A DNA stretch of 64,000 nucleotides from Octopus vulgaris (taxonomy: Eukaryota), in assembly GCA_951406725.2 (NCBI GenBank), contig OX597820.1, forward strand, positions 127,410,001 to 127,474,000. The letters run 5' to 3'. The notes under the pieces were generated by a model. The model made no database searches. It worked only from the letters and a program-made list of their open reading frames with translations, and was not told the DNA's origin. Of the stretch, positions 54,952 to 64,000 are shown one piece after another (within the stretch, counting starts at the first letter, position 1; the number at the start of each line of letters is the position of its first letter). Position numbers and translations under genes: made by a program.

Positions 54952-55179
54952 CTTGAAGGCAATCACAGAACAGGAGGTTACGATTAAACAACGGGAAGAA
55001 AGAGATAAAATAGTTAAAGGGGAAGAAAAAATTGACGATGCAATTAGTCTCGTATCAGTCTAATATTTTACCATAAATTTAATTAAGTGGTTAGTTTGAC
55101 TATCTCTAGTTTCAAAGTTTCTGCAGATTAAGATTTCTATTAAGAGAGAAATAGAGGGTAAAGAGAGAGTGGGTGAGAA

Positions 55180-55241
<62 letters not shown>

Positions 55242-55753
55242 TTAGTGAACAACAAGGACAAAAAGGAAATTATACCACTCTACCGAATAATATGTGTAGA
55301 GTTCAGTCTGAGGAAAAAAAAAAATCTAAAAAATCGTTTGTGACAAACATTGATTTTATATTTGGTTTATATCAGAAATACATGGTGGTAGAATTTGGAG
55401 TACAACTGAAGACTCAACACGAAGAATCTGAAAGTTTATTGACCTGAAAATAGTCAAAATTACTTGGAAATGAACCAAGGGACACAATACTTTTATAATC
55501 TACTATTTTCATTCTTTATTACTTATGGACATTTTTCTGTATAAGGTATTTTCTACTGACGAAGGAAAACAGCTAAGATCCGTAAAGAAGTTGCTGTTAA
55601 AAAACGACAAATCAATGCTTATGCAGGCATTCAGGCCATCACTTCACTACATACACAATACATGTTAGTAGAAATGACATTTACTTTATTGTAGAGACTC
55701 AGTGACATTTATCATGTTCTTCATTATCAACATCAAGTGCAAATGCATGATTA

Positions 55754-56124
55754 TCTCTCTATATATAAACGGCAAAATGTCTGTGTGTGTGTGTGTGTGT
55801 CCTTTATACAAATCCACAATTTTTCAGTTAGAGGGCTCGCACTTTCTATGGTCATTTAAAACCGTCCAAGGGTGGTCGTGCACATCTTTACATTTCCCCA
55901 GTCACCCCGCAAAGCCATTAAAAAATCAATAGAAGTTACTTTTTGTGAATTTTCTGTCCAAAACCCAATCAAAATGTCCGAAACTTGATACGCCAATTGA
56001 ATGCCAGCTAGCTGTATGTGATTGGTCGGAGATTTGGACAGTACTCGCGTGTATGTGTGCACACATGCAGCTGTATATGCATGCACTAGCACTATGACCT
56101 GGCGTTGCCGGGTCATAGTGCTAG
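55754..56124 (+). mobile_element. Non-autonomous Helitron (~370 bp)
   Basis: A|TCTCTCTATATATAAA 5' end, internal (TG)n, 3' hairpin ending CTAG|T, no TSD. Confidence 0.8.
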
Positions 56125-56352
56125 TAAACTTTAAAGGGGGTTACGTTTATGGGACAGCAGTAAAGAATGAAAGTATTCGAGAAACTTTTCACAGAAAGGA
56201 AGTATTCCATCGAAAATCTATAGGTTTTTAAAGATGCGGATAAATTTTAGTCATTGTTGTAATTCTCTAAAAACAATTAATATTAATTTTTCGTTTTACT
56301 TTGTTTAAGATACTGAGTTGAGTCAAAAGCTTTGCAATATTTTGGTAACTTA

Positions 56353-56560
56353 ACTCTTTACTCTCTTTTACTTGTTTCAGTCATTTGACTGCGGCCATGC
56401 TGGAGCACCGCCTTTAGTCGAGGAAATCGACCCCAGGACTTATTCTTTGTAAGCCTAGTACTTATTCTATCGGTCTCTTTTGCCGAACCGCTAAGTTACG
56501 GGGACGTAAACACACCAGCATCGGTTGTCAAGATATGTTGGGGGGACAAACACAGACACA

Positions 56561-56658
<98 letters not shown>

Positions 56659-56820
56659 TACGACGGGCTTCAGTTTCCGTCTACCAAATCCACTCACAAG
56701 GCTTATGGTCGGCCCGAGGCTATAGTAGAAGACACTTGCCCAAGGTGCCACGCAGTGGAACTGAACCCGGAACCATGTGGTTGGTAAGCAAGCTACTTAC
56801 CACACAGCCACTCCTGCGCC
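56353..56820 (-). mobile_element. Family A SINE
   Basis: Full-length inverted copy with expanded (CA)n(TA)n centre. Confidence 0.9.
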
Positions 56821-56835
56821 TATTTGCTTTATTCG

Positions 56836-57652
56836 TTAGGTTACAACAAAAGCAGTCTGGCATTTATTGTAGAGGTCGTCGTACGGCACCGTTTGAAGCC
56901 ACCTTTTTGCCAGTTCTTTGATTCCACACTGATACCAGTTCTTGTCTTTCGAGGTGAATAACTCCCCGACTGAAGCTTCCACCTCCTTTTGGTTGGTGAA
57001 TCGTCGCAAGCGCAGGAAGTGAACCGTGGATCGGAACAAGTAGTAATCCGAGGGAGCGAGGTCCGGACTATATGCTGGATGTGGTACCAGTTCCGTTCCC
57101 TCAAGTTCCTGGGATTTATTCCCGGTTGTTCGAGCGATATGAGGTCTTACGTTGTCTTGCTGCAGAAGAGCGCGCTTTCTGTTTACCAATGCCGGATATT
57201 CTTGTCGCACAATGGCATACATCCGATCCAGTTCGGAGTACAGGTTGGCATAGATGGTTCGACTGCCTGGAACGAAGTGAATTATTCCCTCATAATTCCT
57301 TTGGAAGCGCCGGCGTTTGGCGACAGGTTCCGGAAGTTGGCCTTTGCTTATGCGCAATAGGATTGCAGAAAAATATCTCCCTCCGATTATCCCTTGTTCC
57401 GATCCCTGGCTTGCTTCCTGTGCTCACGATGCTTCAACCAAGACAAAATGGAAGCTTTAGTAAAGGAATTCTTCGCCTCGAAGGACAGGAACTGGTGTTG
57501 GAGTGGGATCGAAGAACTGACAGAAAAATGGCTTCAAACGGTGCAACATGACGGCCTCTATTTTGAAGGCTAGGATGCTTTTGTTTTAATTTAACAACGA
57601 ATAATACAAATAAGTTACCGAAATACTGCAAAACTTTTGACCCAACACAATA
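56836..57652. mobile_element. Mariner transposase 3' fragments in opposite orientations
   Basis: Minus strand: LLQQDNVRPH...HPAYSPDLAPSDYYLF...GIKELAKRW (56836-57290). Plus strand: FFASKDRNW...GIEELTEKWLQTVQHDGLYFE and a TIR-like end cttttgacccaacacaata (57440-57652). Confidence 0.85.
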
Positions 57653-59757
57653 TAATTTAATACAGTGATCGTGACTCTTTCCCTTTATCCAGAAGCTTTT
57701 AGTTTGCTCAAACCTTTCACTTTCGTGAGTTTTATAATCCCAACGTCTGCCAGATTTCTCGTTTCGTTGTCTACACCATAACAATCCGTAAAAGTAACTT
57801 CTATATAACTTTAAAGGAGTCCCTTTATATAATTTTAAGCTCTGCGCTAGACAGCTTTGACTAGGCTGATTAACGAGTCGAAGGCCAGATTTTACACAAA
57901 TGTTCTCCTCTAAATCGCCTCTCTATATTTTCTTCTACTCATGTTCGTTTTCTTTTCGGCGGGCAACATCTTCTTTTCAGCATGAATTAACTCCAGTAGG
58001 GAAGCAGACAGAGCGTTGTGCTTCAGAAAGGATTAGATTTATCAGTTTCAGAGCAAGATAAATCGATGCAGAGGAGTTTGGAGCATTTTACAGTCAAATC
58101 CTTATCAGACTGAACATTTAATGTTCTAAATGTCGCTTACTTTTTGCGAGTGGTAAATTTTCTGGGGATTGGTTTGACGCTTTGCCTGTAATGAACATCA
58201 GATGGGCCCAGCATTTCCATTGTTCTTAGAATCAGAGCTGTGGCTGGAATGACGTGTCAACATGACAAACTCTTTGATTCTGAGGTTTCTTTATAGATTG
58301 TCAAGTCAGCTGGACAAACCACTTTGCCTACCACACTGAAATAAATTTAATTTACAATATCCTTTTGCTAGAGTAATACTACTTCAATTCTGGAATCAGT
58401 AAAATTGTCCAAGGACGTAAAAAAAAAGGGACTGATGGGCTTTCACTTTGCCCCAGGGTTAGCGATAAATACTGCATATGGGGCGTCACTTTAGTGAGTC
58501 TTTCGCTCCATCATTCATCACTGCAGTGGAGGTGGGGGCTACTATGTCCACAGACGAACGGAATAAGATTCTTAATTTTCTGGTGAATTATATATTTTCA
58601 AGGGAGCTGGTCCGCCGAATACGAACATTTTTTTATCATTGTTGGCGTCTCGTCTTATTGAAGTAACAGGTGATACCTGTAAGGGTGCCTGGTTGTTCTT
58701 GCGCCTTAGCTTTGCAATTATCTGAGATAATACGGCGAGTGCTTTTGATTATTTTAAACATTTTATGTAGAGAGAAACACCAGTTTTCCCTGGTCAAATG
58801 TTTATCTAAAGGTGTGTGTGGCCCTTTAAACTAATTTTTATTGTTATTATCTGTTTAACTTTGTAAGTTTAAACTATTTTGATGTAATTATTCTACTCAG
58901 TTTTTGTGAACATAATGAATCATTAGTGAACCATTATGACATTTGTTACAAAGCTTTACGTAAACTCTTATCCTAAGGATTCGTAAAACATTGACGCTCT
59001 GCTTGTTAAACACATATTTTATACAATTACATGTTTTGGATTAAAAACCGTTATTAAATATAGATATTGTGAGGAATTACTGTTTGATTCTTTAGAAAAT
59101 TTTCTATTCGAGTTCGCATTATGTTTGTATTTTATTCTTTCGAATTTAGTCGTCATATGAAAAATCGCCAAAGTAAGTACCAGATATATACTTGGGTCAA
59201 CGAGTTCTCCACCTCCCTTACAAATGAATAGTCCTGAATATACACAAGAAATCCGTATTGTTTGTTGTGAAGAGCGCAATTGAGTAAAAGTTTATCTCCC
59301 GGTTAGACACGTTCGCCCTTCACACTCCAATCAACGCCCATTTTGGGAAAGGCATGAATGCTATGATATCCTAGTTGTCCCCCTTCCTAAATCCCGGGTC
59401 CTGGACGGAGTCGGTGCCGGAATCATTGTTGTCATAGAGTTGTTGTTGGTGTCTTCGAGCTCTCCGAAAGAAAGCTCTCGCTCGCCGAAAGCGACCTGGT
59501 TTCGACTCCCAGTTGGAACTCCTTCACACCGTTTAATAACTAAACGGAAGATGAAAACATGCTTCATAGCGCTAGTTATCCTTTACTCATTAAAAAAAAA
59601 GAAATGTGTACTTGTTCAAAACGAAAAAGTTTTTACACAATAAATTATATGTTGTTTAAAAAAAAAAAAAAAACTGTTGGCCACCCGTATTAAATAAAAA
59701 AGAGTAACTTAAAAAGAGGAAAGTATTGAATGAATTTTAAGCAAAATTATATATAAA

Positions 59758-59831
<74 letters not shown>

Positions 59832-60429
59832 ATTATATCCCCCCCACACACACACATTTCTCTATGAATATTAATTACATATGCCGAGCGCCATCTTGAA
59901 CGTAACATTGTCATTGTTCGCAATCAAATCTAGAACAGGCAGCTGCAACTGCTTTAGTGTTTATCGTGTGTGCAGCTGAAATCGTACGAGTTATATACGT
60001 ATATATATACATATATAGTCCAACAATAATTTATTTAATTTTCCAACTAAGTCATGTAACGAAAACAATATCGAAAACCCCCGCAAAGCCAGGCCAAGAG
60101 TCGAATCGTCCAGATTTGTGTCTCTTGGTTTTCCTTGTTTGCGAAAAAGGAAAGAAAATTAAAAAACAAACAAAACTCGGAGGAGGAGGAGGAGGAGGAG
60201 GAAACAAGGGGGACAACTCTAAGACTCCAACCACATTTCTTTCCATTTCCACAAATGTTGTTTATTGTGAAAGGAGTCGAGTCTCTTCTTTGCGACTGGA
60301 TGTGCATGTGGTCCTTCTATTCTATTCCATCGATCCTTACCCTTTCATGTTGTCATTTCTAATTCCTTTTTGTTTACCCCAATTAATATTATATGGATGG
60401 CTCATCTAAGAAAGGTAAATTCACTTCTA

Positions 60430-60642
60430 TTTAATGTCTATTTATCAATCTGTTTACCCATCTTTCTATCTAACTATCTTTTTATCTATCCATCTATCTG
60501 TCTGTCTGTCTATTTATCCATCTATCTACCGATCTATCTATCTATGTATCTATCTACCCACCTATCTACCTATATATCTACCTACCTTCCTACCTATCTA
60601 CCTATCTATCTATCTATCTATCTACCTATCCTTCTATCCATC
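60430..60642. repeat. Degenerate (TATC/TACC)n microsatellite
   Basis: Tetranucleotide repeat tract. Confidence 0.9.
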
Positions 60643-61520
60643 TAATGCATATTATATGCGTGTATCCATCAATATTTAAAATGTGTATTTTGTGTGTATT
60701 TTCTGTTTCTCTATTATGTGTGTCTCAAAAAAATAGATGTTTGTGAATAATATGCGTCTAATATACACTCACACACAAATACATGCACATGTGTCTCATT
60801 GCTTTTGTGTCTATTTTACGATTTTCCAGTCTCTATGTTTTGTGTTCATCAACAAAAAGGATTTTGTATTTTAAGCACGATTGCAAGCATTTACCCAAGA
60901 ATCGGTTATATTTCCTATGTTTCTACCTTTATCTGGCGCTAAATATTTTCATCTCATCATCTTTCCTCTCCTCAAAATCGCTGCTTAAAATAACCCGGGG
61001 CTTCGTTTTCCTCTTCTTTATACACAGACACAATCTGAGACGATGTCGAATAATGAATTTCTTTATGTTTTAATATCTGAATTGCTTTAAAGTTTCTCTT
61101 TTCTTTTTTCCTGTTCCTTTATTTGCTTTGTTTTGTTTTGATTTCTATTTTAATCTCCTCAAAATTCGTTTCTTTTTCTCTCCGAAACATTCAAACAACG
61201 CCGGTGTTTTTCATGCGATTCTTACAAATCCAAAGATTTCGTTGGATTATTGGATTTACCATGTTTTATATTTACATTAACCGGATTTTGATAACAAAAA
61301 AAGGATATAATTCTGTTGTGTGTAACAAAAAAGAGAGAATTAAGATCAAACGGAATGTTGTGTACAAAATAAGACAAACATCTCATTCGGAACACAACAT
61401 CGACATTAAAATTGTGTTTATATATTTTTTAAACTATTTCTTTTGTTAACTAATCTATAAACAAGATACAAAATATCTGCTTTGCTTTCCTTTATCACAC
61501 AAAAACACACATCTGTGTGC

Positions 61521-61561
<41 letters not shown>

Positions 61562-61593
61562 TATATATATATATATACACACATATATATATA

Positions 61594-61664
<71 letters not shown>

Positions 61665-64000
61665 TATGTATGTATGTACATATTTGTTATAAAAGACTAA
61701 CTTAGAGAAATGATGGGTTTATGCCTGTTTATTTCTTCGCATCTTGGGGTGGTTCCAACTCATGTTTACTAGAAATTTCACGTTTGGGCAACATTTATCT
61801 CCCAACCTAGTTTAACAACGGAAGCAAACGTGACACTTTGTTAATGGAAATTCCTCGCAGACAGAACCGTCTCCCTCTTGTCTGGAACCTTGTTTCCCGT
61901 TTCCTCCCCCGGACTCTTCTTTCTTATTACCATCCCTTCTATTCCTTTCGCCTCTCATTTTTCACTGTCATTGTCATTTTCAGCTCACTGTCTGTTCTGA
62001 TTATATATAAATATATACACCAGAACAGTGTGTATGTGTCGATTAAATCCATGTATCTTTACAGCGCTAATATTCTATGTTTGTGTGTGTGTCAAATTTC
62101 GACAGGCACACACACACACACACATATATATATATACTTTCTCATATGATACCACACAATCTTCATATAAATTTTTCATATAAATCACTTTACCGAAAGT
62201 AACTGTATCTACCCTTATAAGCATCGTCGACTGGGTTTTTAAATTCGCTTTCGATAACATCTATTTATTTCTTCTAGACTTCTCCTTAACCGTAACCAAG
62301 CTTCGAATATGTCTCTCTAGGGAATAATATATATATACGTGTGTTAGTGTGTGCGTATGCATTTAATTATGTTTTGATTTCTATGCAGTTTTGGTCGAAG
62401 AATTCTTTGTTTCATTCCCATCTGCAAATCTTCCGTCGTTTCAATTCTTCACTACATTACTGCTGCTTTCCGGAATGGAGTTCTGCTAGAATCTCTCCAT
62501 CGCACTCGTCGTCGCGTGATTCTTTGTTGATCTGTTCCTGTTTTACCGGAGGCTTCTCTAACAACAAGAGTTCATCTCAAAATTTATCTCACTTTTACTT
62601 TTACTTTCAGTTAACATCATTTATCTGGTCTGAATACTTAAATCGAGAAATTCGTTTTTCTTTTTTGTTTTATTCCGTGAGAACATTGTCAAAACACCCA
62701 GTTATATATTTCCCCCAATGTCTACCATTTCCAACCACTTCTTATATTTCTTGTAAAGGCAGCACGTTTTTTTTTCTTTCTTTAAAAGTCGATAAAGTTT
62801 TATGGATAAAAATAAGTTGACAAAATATTTAACAATATGAGAGCCATACAAAGAAATGTGAAAAATTTATAAGGTAATAATTTCAGTGAAAATTTAAAGC
62901 TAAAAGGGGAAAAAAATAAAAGAACTGTGATTAGCTTCGAACCCAAATTGTCAGTTTCCATTATTTAACAATTTCGCACGTTCTTTCTTTTGTTTCAGCA
63001 AAAGTGATTTTGAAGCTCATGAGAGAAAACCTTAATCGAACAATTGAACATATTTTATCGATCGAGCTGTTCCTTTTAATTAATGATTTCTGATTTAACC
63101 CAAATCCTTTTTAAAATTATATTTTAATCCAGTAAATTAAAAACTAATAATCAATTCCTGTGAAACATCACAGGGAAACGTTGATTACTTTCGATACGAA
63201 CTAAAAATACATCAAAATACATTTTCTTCTTAAAGCATAAACTATTTTCTAAATTCTATTTCTCCAGATTTTCCTCTCGCTTCTCTCTCGATTTGTTATT
63301 AAAGTGTCAATTTTATGAACATTTTCTTTGCCTCGTAATTGTTATGGTGTTAGCCAAACGAAGAAGCAACGTTCATAATTAATGCTATTATTTTTACCTG
63401 CTAAATTTACAAAACAAGTAACAATTAAGTAATTAAATCGCGCCCATTCTTGTTTCATTATATTAAGTATATAATTATTTTTCTTCTATATTATTGAAAC
63501 TATTAAAATATAGAGAAAAAAATCGCAAAACAGCATATTTTGATTAATAAAAACAGGATTTTGTATTTTAGATTTTATTCTGAGATTAAATTACTTCTTG
63601 AGTGTTGTAGTGTGTAGATGCATTATTATAAAAGTAAAAACCTGATGATTTTTTCCTTTTAGTTTTGATTATTATTTGATAATTGTTTTAAAACATTCCG
63701 AACATCAAAGATTTTTCTTTTGAACAAATTTCTTTTCTAAATTCCGGCCACGGCGGAGAATGGTTTTTTTTTATTTTGTTAGTGATTTTAAAAAATTAAA
63801 GCCAAACCATTATTTCTAATGTAGCTCACTCATAGAATTAACAATCTGTGTTTTTACCCGAAAATCATGATTAACAAAGGGAACTCCATTTATTCGCCCT
63901 ACAACCATCCTTTAACTCATCTCTCATCATTTTTCTCTTCGTTTTCCTCCGTTTTCCACGATTTACTGTGATGACTGACCTCCCCTGACTGATGTCTTGC

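Noticed and set aside
62341-62820. 159-aa plus-strand ORF and an acidic minus-strand frame (DELLLLEKPPVKQEQ...)
   Set aside because: No homology recognised. The minus frame has no start codon or splice acceptor and is bounded by stops.

Overview
AT-rich, repeat-dense eukaryotic DNA. The SINE families, microsatellite load and Penelope/RTE/mariner content suggest an octopus (coleoid cephalopod); this is an inference. The only confident protein-coding sequence is the last two exons of a p120/delta-catenin-family gene (+ strand, C-terminus ...NADSWV*), followed by a probable ~5 kb 3'UTR. There is one intact tRNA-Arg(CCT) gene. The rest is mostly mobile DNA: three tRNA-derived SINE families, CR1 and RTE LINE relics, Tc1/mariner and hAT relics, MITEs, a non-autonomous Helitron, and a young non-autonomous Gypsy-type LTR element (569-bp near-identical LTRs, tRNA-Trp PBS, GATA TSD). 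The most notable signal is a set of Penelope-like (GIY-YIG) insertions. They sit in (TA)n/(TG)n tracts, form fold-backs, and several carry minimal hammerhead-ribozyme motifs with long stem-II inserts and core variants. A few orphan minus-strand exon candidates are also present. Nearly all ORFs in the supplied track are spurious.
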